Origin: an uncultured Spirochaetota bacterium
GTDB taxonomy: Bacteria; Spirochaetota; Spirochaetia; SZUA-6; Fen-1364
DNA length: 64,000 nucleotides
Direction: 5' to 3'
Assembly (NCBI GenBank): GCA_963820525.1
Contig: CAWGAA010000003.1
Span: 736,001-800,000, forward strand
The stretch's first letter is position 1. Every line of letters starts with the position of its first letter. The translations under genes were made by a program, and so were the position numbers. The notes beneath the pieces were generated by a model. That model did not search any database and was not told the DNA's origin. It was given only the letters and a program-made list of their open reading frames with translations. Below are positions 56,423 to 64,000 of the stretch, one piece after another.

Positions 56423-57766
56423 CTATCCCGTCATGCGGGCATACCTGGCCGCCTCAGCCATATGGCGGATCGCTTCTTTCAGTCTTTCCGTCTCCTCGAA
56501 TCCGTAGGAGAGACGAAGCTGGCGCTTCCCCTCCTCCACAATGCTCCCGTGGGGATGCACGCAGAACTCGCCCGGAATATAGATCACCCGCGGCTGCACG
56601 GCATTCGCGGGCCCGTCAACTTCGGCGATTCCCGTCGTGCGCGCCAGGAATCGGAAGAAGGGCGAGCCTTCCGAGGTCCGGATGCCGTCCAGGGTGAGGT
56701 AGAAGTAGAAGCCGGCCTGGCCGCCGGTGCTCCGAGCCACCGCGGAGCCGAGCATTTCATCGATCCATCCCTTCACCTTCACGGCCTTCTCCCTGTAGCC
56801 GGCCCTCACGCGCCGGATCTGGGCGTCGACGGCCGTGTCGAGCAGACGGCTGGCGATCTCCTGGTTGGCGAGCGGCGCGCTGAAGCCCACGTCGCTCGTC
56901 CGCTGGATCATTGCCTGCAGGAAAGGCCCGCCCTCCCCGACCATGTAGCCGATTCGAAGCCCCGGGGCGACTATCTTGGAGAGGGTGCCGATCTCGAACA
57001 CCACTCCCTCCTCGTCCCAGAGAAAGCCGGAGCGCGGCGGACGGACGCGCGGATCGTGGATCAGGTCCTCATACGCCTTGTCCCGCACCAGGGGAACCCG
57101 CCGGCCCAGCTCGCGGGAAAGCTCGGAGGCGATCCGTACCAGCCCCTCCCGCTCGGCGTCGGCCAGGATCGTGGCGCTGGGATTGTTCACGGTCACCACG
57201 TAGATGAAGCTGATCCGGGAGCGTTCGCTTCCCAGCTCCTTCATCTTCTGCCGCACTGCATCGGCGTGAAGCCCATCCGCCTCCTCAGGCACCGTGACCA
57301 CCCGGAAGCCCCGCCGCTCGAGGAAGTCGCAGTAGATGTAGTACATGGGATCAGTGGTGATGACGATGCCGGGCCGCAGGACCTGGGCTATCCCTTCCAG
57401 GAGGCTCGTGGCTCCATTCGCCCCGATGATGATCTCTTTCTTCGACACTATCTCGGGGGTCAGGCCGCCGATCCGCCGCGACGCGAGGTAGGAGCGAATG
57501 CTCTCGATAAGGTTGGCGCTTCCCCGCGGCCCCCCGTAGTTGAGGGCGGCCCGGTATTTTTTCGGATTCCCCAGCACGTCCTCCAGGGCCTGCGCGATGA
57601 GATCGCGGGGGATTGTGTTCTCATTGACGTATCCCACGCCGAGATTGATGTCGACACCCTCGCGGAAGTCCTCCGCGAATGACGACATCATTCTGTTGAC
57701 CGGGGAGGGGCAGCGGCAAAGGCCGCCGTATTCGCTCAAGAGGATATTATTAGTGTTGAGGCTCAT
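56423..57766 (-). CDS. PLP-dependent aminotransferase, class I/II
   Basis: INLGVG, LNYG...G, VNNPSA, D.AY.DL, GTLSKIVAPGLRIGY, LRLSYG. Promoter TTGCCG-17-TAGAAT lies 9 nt upstream. Confidence 0.88.
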   Translation of the reverse strand: MSLNTNNILLSEYGGLCRCPSPVNRMMSSFAEDFREGVDINLGVGYVNENTIPRDLIAQALEDVLGNPKKYRAALNYGGPRGSANLIESIRSYLASRRIGGLTPEIVSKKEIIIGANGATSLLEGIAQVLRPGIVITTDPMYYIYCDFLERRGFRVVTVPEEADGLHADAVRQKMKELGSERSRISFIYVVTVNNPSATILADAEREGLVRIASELSRELGRRVPLVRDKAYEDLIHDPRVRPPRSGFLWDEEGVVFEIGTLSKIVAPGLRIGYMVGEGGPFLQAMIQRTSDVGFSAPLANQEIASRLLDTAVDAQIRRVRAGYREKAVKVKGWIDEMLGSAVARSTGGQAGFYFYLTLDGIRTSEGSPFFRFLARTTGIAEVDGPANAVQPRVIYIPGEFCVHPHGSIVEEGKRQLRLSYGFEETERLKEAIRHMAEAARYARMTG

Positions 57767-57825
57767 AATCCAAGGATTCTATAGTGCCGATAGCTGTGCG
57801 GCAATCGGGGTTACATGTTGTCCGA

Positions 57826-58671
57826 TTACAAGCTATGCTCTTTCTTCAATTGCGTGAGATCGCTCGATAATTGAATGGACATTTTTTTCGTATATATCCT
57901 ATAAATCGAGCCATCATTCTGGAATTGAATCAATTTTCGTAGATCATTCACTCGATAGTTCCAGGTTATGCCATCTGTAACGAACAAAAAAGAAGTGTCG
58001 TGACGCTTTTCTTCAAGGATACGCCTAACATCGCCGAGAACGTCAGTCTGTTTGCTCCCCGTCGCTCCATATGCCTTCACCTCGATGACAATTCGCGGTT
58101 CTTCTTTTGACGGGATCGCAAAATCGGCTTTTTCGGTGCTCTGCCCCGATTTTCCGGTGAAACTGCACCTTTTGTCATATGAACCGGGGCCGAATACGGA
58201 TCTCACGATTTCTTCCACGAAATTCTCAAGTGCACGCCCGCGGTGCTGACCTTTGATTGCGCTACCTCTACCAGATTTGAGCCGCTCAACAATGATATCT
58301 TTCCATGAATACTTTCGATTGATTGTCAGACGTATGGCTTCGCGAATGAGGAGATGATCGAGCGCACGTATATACCCATCCTTGTTCTCCAGATATGCTT
58401 TTCTGCCAGTGCCTGGCATTTCGAGGAGTTCTGTCTTCACGATAGTCGTAAACTCATCCTTCGATTTGTCCAGAAACAGCCTGAAAACAGTGGTAGCGGA
58501 TTCGAAATCCTCATCGAGAAGGTCTTTCAAGTCCTCAAGCGAATAGCGTGGTTTATCTTTAATAATTTCGAGGAATTGGATGACACGTTCCGCGAAAGAA
58601 TCCTTCCACTCCGTGTCCAGTGCGCTTAAGCTGGCGCGCAAATCGGCCAGGCTCTGTCTATGTCTTTCCAT
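57826..58671 (-). CDS. Type II restriction endonuclease, PD-(D/E)xK fold with DpnII-like C-terminus
   Basis: RGRALE, KADFAIP......IEVKAYGATGSK, FLFVTDG.TW. Sits 4 nt downstream of the MTase in an AT-rich segment. Confidence 0.75.
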   Translation of the reverse strand: MERHRQSLADLRASLSALDTEWKDSFAERVIQFLEIIKDKPRYSLEDLKDLLDEDFESATTVFRLFLDKSKDEFTTIVKTELLEMPGTGRKAYLENKDGYIRALDHLLIREAIRLTINRKYSWKDIIVERLKSGRGSAIKGQHRGRALENFVEEIVRSVFGPGSYDKRCSFTGKSGQSTEKADFAIPSKEEPRIVIEVKAYGATGSKQTDVLGDVRRILEEKRHDTSFLFVTDGITWNYRVNDLRKLIQFQNDGSIYRIYTKKMSIQLSSDLTQLKKEHSL

Positions 58672-58675
58672 TCGC

Positions 58676-59755
58676 TTATTTGGTTCCTACTATCAGGTAT
58701 TCGGTGACGATAGCTCTCTTCACTGCGGCATGAGTACCGAAATGATAGCGATGATCATGTTCGAAAACCCTAATCGATCTCTTTGATTCCCTAAGGAGAT
58801 CGATGAGAATTTGCAGATCTGGAAAACCGTTCGATGAATATGAAAGCACGATGATGCTGTTTTGAAAAAGCTGGAAGAGACTACGAAAAGCCGGTATGGC
58901 GTTGCTTCTATACGAAAAGGGGGTATGCTTTTTCTTGATTTTTTTCACTTTCGAATGCTCGAGGATCTCCTGGTCTCGCCAGTAGCAGGATAAGCCTTCG
59001 AGAAAATGATAACGCTTGATGTAACAATTATCATCCGATCGGGGAATATAGGGAGGATCGAGATAGACCAAATCTATATCCCCCGAATGTTTTCCCAGAG
59101 CGAAGACGTCACTTCGAAAGGAGAGATTTTTCTTCGAATTATCGAAAACCGTACCGTTATAAACCTGAACTTGCTCTAGGAAGTGTTCGCGAAGAGAAAG
59201 ATTAACATCTCTTCGCCCATCCTTGTACTTCGCTGGATCTCCAGCGACCGTAAAAACTCCTCTGGGCTGGCGTTTCACACATGAGCGCAGCAGGGCGGAA
59301 ACCGCGAGACTTCGAATGTAGGGATTATTGATTTTCTCTAGGTTCCCGGAGACCCGATCAAGGAAAGAGAGATCCCCCCGAGTGAAAAATATGCCATCGA
59401 AAGTATCGGTAATGAACGTTTCCTTGTTTCCATCTTCAGAGAGGAGCAACCTGAGATCATGAGAAGAAATTCGATATCTGGAATTCTCGATAGTTGCCTT
59501 GGCGATGGTAGCGCAGAAATTTAGGAAATCGTTCGAAACCACCCTTTTGCCCATGCACTTTAAGAGATAGGAGACACAACCTGATCCGGAGAAAGCGTCG
59601 ATCACACTCTCGAATCGATATTCAGAAAGAACATCATGAATCCAAGGCAGCAGACGGTACTTGCTCCCCATGAAACGTAGTTGAGGAAATCGTTTAATGC
59701 GATCCGCGATCGCTTGATATTCACGAGTAGGCGCACGATCCGAGACTGCTTTCAT
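58676..59755 (-). CDS. DNA N6-adenine methyltransferase (D12/Dam-like class)
   Basis: RFMGSK..L, DAFSGSG.VS, ND, DLVYLDPPY, YHFLEGL, LSYSS. Perfect TATAAT about 15 nt upstream. Confidence 0.9.
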   Translation of the reverse strand: MKAVSDRAPTREYQAIADRIKRFPQLRFMGSKYRLLPWIHDVLSEYRFESVIDAFSGSGCVSYLLKCMGKRVVSNDFLNFCATIAKATIENSRYRISSHDLRLLLSEDGNKETFITDTFDGIFFTRGDLSFLDRVSGNLEKINNPYIRSLAVSALLRSCVKRQPRGVFTVAGDPAKYKDGRRDVNLSLREHFLEQVQVYNGTVFDNSKKNLSFRSDVFALGKHSGDIDLVYLDPPYIPRSDDNCYIKRYHFLEGLSCYWRDQEILEHSKVKKIKKKHTPFSYRSNAIPAFRSLFQLFQNSIIVLSYSSNGFPDLQILIDLLRESKRSIRVFEHDHRYHFGTHAAVKRAIVTEYLIVGTK

Positions 59756-59827
59756 TGTATTGCTTTCCGGATTATAATAACAAATGATTTTTCTGTATAG
59801 CTTGTCGAAAAACGAGGGGTGTTGCCT

Positions 59828-60250
59828 TCACCCGTCGAATCCGAGGGCCCTTCCCCGCAGCCTCTTCGCGTCGGACCGCCGCTTCTTGTCCCGCAGGCGC
59901 GCTTCTCGCGAGCGGGCGCTCGGCCTGGTCGGCACGCGCTTTCGAGGCCGGCGCATCGCGGAGGCGAGGAGGTCCGCCATGCGCTCCACGGCGAGCTCCC
60001 TGTTCCTGGCCTGCTCGCGGGTATCCTGGACCGTCACGACGATCTCCCCTTGGGCGTTCATCCTGTTGGCCAGTCTCGCTTCCGCCATGCGGCGGATCTC
60101 TCCCGTGAGGAAGGTGAGGCTCGCGAACGGCAATCGGGCGATCACCTTGGTCTCCACCTTGTTCACGTTCTGGCCTCCCGGCCCGCCGGAGCGCGCGTAG
60201 CTGAAGGTGAGGTTTGACCGAATGGCCTCAGCGATCCTTCCCGCGTTCAC
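59828..60250 (-). CDS. arfB: Alternative ribosome-rescue factor B (peptidyl-tRNA hydrolase)
   Basis: RSGGPGGQNVNKV, R.Q..NR..A, and basic tail RVPTRPS...RL..KKRRS..K.LR. Confidence 0.92.
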   Translation of the reverse strand: MNAGRIAEAIRSNLTFSYARSGGPGGQNVNKVETKVIARLPFASLTFLTGEIRRMAEARLANRMNAQGEIVVTVQDTREQARNRELAVERMADLLASAMRRPRKRVPTRPSARSREARLRDKKRRSDAKRLRGRALGFDG

Positions 60251-61622
60251 CTCGTCCCCCTTCCTCGACAGCCGCTTTCACGAGCGGTATGCGGATGGTG
60301 AAGGTTGATCCCTCTCCCACGATGGAAACCACTCCGATGTTCCAGCCGTGGCCCTCGATGATGCTCTTCACCGTGGTCAGTCCCAGGCCGAAGCCCTGCT
60401 CGCGGCGGGAATTCGTTCCCCTGTAGAAAGGATCGTAGATTCGCGTGATGTCCTTCTGGGGGATCCCGATCCCCGAATCGGAAATGGACAGCACAACCTC
60501 CCCACCCTCCGCCCACGCCGTCATCTCGATCGTCCCGCCCTCCGCGGTGTAACGGATGGCATTGCCGATCAGGTTCTCCAGCGCCCGGTTGACGAGGCCC
60601 TCGTCTATCGAGATCTGAAGCCCGTCGGCGAGGTCGATAGCGAAGCGGAAATCCCTCTTCAATATCAGGGCGTCCTCGGAATACCGCTTCGCGATTCCGG
60701 TAAGGAACTCCTTGACCGACACGTGGCGGAAGGTCATCCGCCATTCCCCCGTCTCCATCTTCACGAACCCGATGAGGTCCTCGATCATGCCCTCCAGGGT
60801 CTGCGTCTTGTCGTGGATGATCGAGAGGTAGCGCTTCTGGACCTCGGGATCCCCTGCGAAGCCGTCCGTGATCGCCTCCACGTACCCCTGGATGAGGGCG
60901 AGGGGGGTCTTCAGGTCGTGGGATACGCCCATGATAAAGCGCGCCCGGCGCGCGTACTCCTCCTTCAATGCCTTCCTCATCCTGTCGAAGGACCTCGTAA
61001 GGGAAGAAATCTCGTCGCTCCCCTTGACGGGAAGCTCGAAGTCGTAGTCGCCCTCGGCCACCCGGCGGGTGGCTCCCTCGAGGGTCACGATGGAGCGGTT
61101 GACGGAGCGCAGGATCAGGAACGACATGAGGGAGGAGAAGACGAGCACGGCGATGGAGCTGTACATGATGTACTGCACGGCCTGGTTTCGAAACTCCCCT
61201 TCGTCGCGGAGCTTGGGGAACTTGATGATCACCAGGGAATCCGCGGCGCCGGCCCCGCGGGGGAGGTCGATCTGGAAGTGGAAGCTGCGGGCATTCGCCC
61301 GGATGTAGCCCATCACGAGCCCGTTCGCGAAGGCGGTGCCGGCGGGAATCTGGGAGATCGTGGAGAAGGCCACGGAATCGTCCGCTGCCAGGACGATGAA
61401 ATCCAGCCCCGGCGGCCTGTCCCGCATCAACGCCCGGAAATCGTTCGACCGAATGGCGTGCTGGACCTCACGCCTGATCCATCCCGAGATGCGCCCGTAG
61501 TTGGGCATCGGCTCCTGGCCCCGGGAGAACGCGTAGTCGAGGAACAGGATGAAGGCGCTCACGAGGAAGGGGACCAGGATTATCCCGATGATGAGGAATG
61601 CGAACTGGGTCCTGAGCTTCAT
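60228..61622 (-). CDS. HAMP-domain sensor histidine kinase
   Basis: Two TMs, HAMP (DEISSL..SF..M), H-box SHDLKTPL, N-box NLIGNAIRY, DSGIGI, FYRG, GLGL. Confidence 0.93.
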   Translation of the reverse strand: MKLRTQFAFLIIGIILVPFLVSAFILFLDYAFSRGQEPMPNYGRISGWIRREVQHAIRSNDFRALMRDRPPGLDFIVLAADDSVAFSTISQIPAGTAFANGLVMGYIRANARSFHFQIDLPRGAGAADSLVIIKFPKLRDEGEFRNQAVQYIMYSSIAVLVFSSLMSFLILRSVNRSIVTLEGATRRVAEGDYDFELPVKGSDEISSLTRSFDRMRKALKEEYARRARFIMGVSHDLKTPLALIQGYVEAITDGFAGDPEVQKRYLSIIHDKTQTLEGMIEDLIGFVKMETGEWRMTFRHVSVKEFLTGIAKRYSEDALILKRDFRFAIDLADGLQISIDEGLVNRALENLIGNAIRYTAEGGTIEMTAWAEGGEVVLSISDSGIGIPQKDITRIYDPFYRGTNSRREQGFGLGLTTVKSIIEGHGWNIGVVSIVGEGSTFTIRIPLVKAAVEEGGRGERGKDR

Positions 61623-62314
61623 GCGTGCACCGCCTCCGCGTTGAAACGGTATCCCATGCCGTGGACCGTCTCGATGAGAAACGGCCGTGCCGGATCCTCC
61701 TCCAGCTTCTTTCGAAGGCGCTGGATGTAGACGCCCACCGCGGTGACGTCTCCATACTGGTTCTTCCAGACGTCGGAGTAGATCGTTTCGGGGCTCAAAG
61801 CCTTGCCGGGGTGCGAGGCGAGGTAGGAGAGGACCTCGAACTCCTTGGATGAAAGGGGGACCTTGTCCTTGCCCCGCTTCAGGAGGTACCCGTCGAGGTC
61901 CAGGGTGAAATCCCCGAAGTGGATGTAGTTCGCGCTAGAGGGGCGCATGTCCGAGACGCGCCGCAGGATGGCCCGCACGCGGGCCGTCAACACCTTGGGA
62001 GAAAAGGGCTTTGTGACGAACTCGTCGGCCCCGATGCCCAGGCCGAGGATCATGTCCTCATCGGTGTCCCGCGCCGACACGATCACGACGGGCACGGGGC
62101 TGTCCTTGCGCAGCCTCTGGAGGAATTCGAACCCGTCCATCCCCGGGAGGTTGATGTCCAGGACCACCAGATCGAATGGAGCCGCACGGAAAGCCTCCAG
62201 CCCCTGCTCCGCGGTTTCCGTGAGGACGGTTTCCGCCCCCTCCTTGCCGAGATACAGGCGGATGAGCTCGCCCATCTCCTTCACGTCCTCGATGACCAGG
62301 ATTCTTGCTTTCAC
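61619..62314 (-). CDS. OmpR/PhoB family response regulator
   Basis: ILVIED, LDINLPGMDG, SAR, GADEFVTKPFS, winged helix KEFEVL...YIQRLRKKLE..P..IETVHGMGYRF. GGAGGGG RBS before GTG 62314. Confidence 0.93.
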   Translation of the reverse strand: MKARILVIEDVKEMGELIRLYLGKEGAETVLTETAEQGLEAFRAAPFDLVVLDINLPGMDGFEFLQRLRKDSPVPVVIVSARDTDEDMILGLGIGADEFVTKPFSPKVLTARVRAILRRVSDMRPSSANYIHFGDFTLDLDGYLLKRGKDKVPLSSKEFEVLSYLASHPGKALSPETIYSDVWKNQYGDVTAVGVYIQRLRKKLEEDPARPFLIETVHGMGYRFNAEAVHA

Positions 62315-62452
62315 GACTTTTCCCCCTCCATCTTGGATGGCGGAAACCCCCTTTTCAATACGCGCTCGCGCGCGCTCTGGAGCAGCGCGCCGCTGAATTT
62401 TCCGGCCCCGAGGCCGGACCGCGCGCTGCGACACCCAGCCATGCGCGCCGCG

Positions 62453-63154
62453 CTACCTGCCCATGTCCTTTTTCCACCGCTGCAGCGACTGGATGAAGTT
62501 GTCGATGAACAGCTGCCTTCTCTGGATCGGCGTAAGCTGCGGCCCCGTCCCGCCTTCCTGCTTCAAGCGAGCCTCGATGCGCTGCCGCGTCTCGGGAGGC
62601 AGGGTCTGGAGGAACCTCTGCCGCTCATCCGGCGTCATGTTCCGGAGGTTCGCAAACCCGCCGCCGTTCTGGCCGCCGTCGTTCTGCTGCCGTTCGGCCG
62701 CGGCTTTCACGCGCTGGTCGTGAAACGCATCCCGCGCGCTTTTCTGCTCCGCCGTGAGTATCCCGTCCACGGTCGCCTGGAGCTTCTTCGCGCCCGAGGG
62801 CGTGGGGAAGGGATTGTCCCTGAGCGCCTGGAGAAGCGGCACCAAAGTGTTCACCTCTTGAGCCGTGAAGAACAGCTTGGGATCCCGTTGGATGGAGAAC
62901 CCGCCGCGCTGGCCGCCCTGCTGGCCGGCCTGTTGTCCTGCGCCTCCCTGCTGGCCTGCCGCCGCCGGCCCCTGCCGCGCGCCGCGGGAGAAGCCCGCCA
63001 GGTTCTCCGGAAGGAAGATGGAAAGCTCGGCGAGCATCCCTTCCACGGAGAATCCGGGTACGGGCGTCTGGCCCGGGCCGGAAGAGGACTGGGCAAAGCC
63101 GGCCGCGCCCGAGAGGACGAACGCGACGGCCGCGATCGCCAAAACCCTATTCAT
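62453..63154 (-). CDS. Secreted helical protein with Gln/Gly-rich linkers (Spy/CpxP-like LTxxQ motifs)
   Basis: Signal peptide GFA-Q; FTAQE, ILTAEQK, MTPDER and LTPIQR motifs; AAGGAG RBS. Confidence 0.6.
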   Translation of the reverse strand: MNRVLAIAAVAFVLSGAAGFAQSSSGPGQTPVPGFSVEGMLAELSIFLPENLAGFSRGARQGPAAAGQQGGAGQQAGQQGGQRGGFSIQRDPKLFFTAQEVNTLVPLLQALRDNPFPTPSGAKKLQATVDGILTAEQKSARDAFHDQRVKAAAERQQNDGGQNGGGFANLRNMTPDERQRFLQTLPPETRQRIEARLKQEGGTGPQLTPIQRRQLFIDNFIQSLQRWKKDMGR

Positions 63155-63170
63155 CTTTGCCACGCTCCTT

Positions 63171-64000
63171 TCATTCGAAGTGCAGGGCCTGGATCGGGTC
63201 CATGCGCGACGCCTTTCGCGCCGGATAGATCCCGAAGAACAGCCCCACGGCGATCGAGAAGCCCATGGCCAGCCCCACGGTGCCCAGGCTGACCACCACG
63301 GTCATCTTGCCCAGCACGCTGATGAGGTTGGCCGCGATCCCGCCGAGGGCCCACCCGAACAGCCCCCCCGTTGCCGAGAGGATGATCGCCTCCGTGAGGA
63401 ACTGCGCCATGATGTCCCTGCGGCGCGCCCCAAGGGCCTTCCTGATCCCGATCTCCCGCGTGCGCTCAGTCACGGACACCAGCATGATGTTCATGATCCC
63501 AATGCCTCCCACCAGGAGGCTTATCCCCGCGATGCTCCCCAGCATCAGCGTCATGATCTGCGAAACCCCCTGCACCGTCTGGAGGATGTCCTGCTGGCTC
63601 ACCACGGTGAAATCGTTGTCCGAGGTATCCGAGAGCCTGTGGCGTTCGCGAAGCAGGGACGTGACGTCCGTCTTCACCTGCTCCATCAGGCTCTTGTCGG
63701 TCACCCCGATGCCGATCGAGCGCACGTCCTTCTGGTGGCGGAAGCGGGCGTACACGGTGGACAGCGGAATGAACACCACGTCGTCCTGGCTGAAGAAGCC
63801 TCCCCCGCCCTTCTTCTGCAGCACCCCGATAACGCGGAAGCTTCCCGTGGAGATCTTCACCGTCTTTCCCAACGGGTCTTCATCCGCGAAGAGGTTCGTG
63901 ACCACGTCCTGGCCGAGAACCGCCACGCTGCGCTTGGCCTTGTAGTCCTCCTCGCTGAAGAAATCTCCCGCGGAGAGGGGCCAGTTTCGCACGTTGGGGT
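63171..64000 (-). CDS. MacB-like ABC transporter permease, C-terminal part; 5' end outside the window
   Basis: F.VIGVL, IPLST, ISLLVGGIGIMNIMLVSVTERTREIGIRKALGA, QFL.EA, GLFFGIYPARKAS.MDPI.AL. Confidence 0.93.
   Translation of the reverse strand, partial: PNVRNWPLSAGDFFSEEDYKAKRSVAVLGQDVVTNLFADEDPLGKTVKISTGSFRVIGVLQKKGGGGFFSQDDVVFIPLSTVYARFRHQKDVRSIGIGVTDKSLMEQVKTDVTSLLRERHRLSDTSDNDFTVVSQQDILQTVQGVSQIMTLMLGSIAGISLLVGGIGIMNIMLVSVTERTREIGIRKALGARRRDIMAQFLTEAIILSATGGLFGWALGGIAANLISVLGKMTVVVSLGTVGLAMGFSIAVGLFFGIYPARKASRMDPIQALHFE

Larger units (their letters stand above)
57780..59815. other. AT-rich inserted segment carrying the R-M pair
   Basis: By hand count, the line at 57841 is 20/60 G+C versus 42/60 at 57061. 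Boundaries are sharp, with no integrase or terminal repeats seen. Confidence 0.75.

Noticed and set aside
57770..59830. Transposon or integrative element boundaries around the R-M genes
   Set aside because: No convincing direct or inverted terminal repeats, tRNA target or recombinase gene.
62600..62990. Tandem repeat or CRISPR-like array
   Set aside because: The repeats are degenerate codons of a Gln/Gly-rich protein linker, with no constant repeat-spacer periodicity. No CRISPR array was seen anywhere in the window.

Overview
GC-rich bacterial chromosome segment, most likely from a free-living Spirochaetota. This is an inference from the PilZN3/PlzA-like protein, eukaryote-type hexokinase, FapA/DUF342 and FadL/UPF0164-like barrel. 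It is densely coding (about 56 CDS). I found no rRNA, tRNA, CRISPR array or transposase. In order, it contains: the end of an araB-araD operon; an M42 peptidase - small ORF - DEDDh/WYL fusion operon; rhomboid + DUF4139; a ~20 kb Wzx/Wzy-type capsule/EPS locus (6351-26128); a MoxR-DUF58-transglutaminase-TPR operon; c-di-GMP genes (GAF/HD-GYP, two PilZ-type proteins); RecQ; a NuoE/NuoF/GltD-NuoG three-gene complex resembling the electron-bifurcating Sporomusa-type Nfn (Stn); rpmB; exbBD with a cupredoxin-like lipoprotein; fapA; rhamnose catabolism genes; an AT-rich type II restriction-modification pair; arfB; a two-component system; and a partial MacB-like permease. The best novelty candidate is the capsule locus. 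It has no recognisable Wza/OPX exporter in the window, and the slot just upstream of wzc holds a translationally coupled half-length (single-repeat) TolC-like protein preceded by a FadL-like barrel. The locus also encodes a three-domain nucleotidyltransferase / dTMP-kinase-like / APH-like kinase fusion. Many genes look leaderless. Four single-base frameshifts are probably sequencing errors. All product calls come from motif recognition by eye; no database searches were run.
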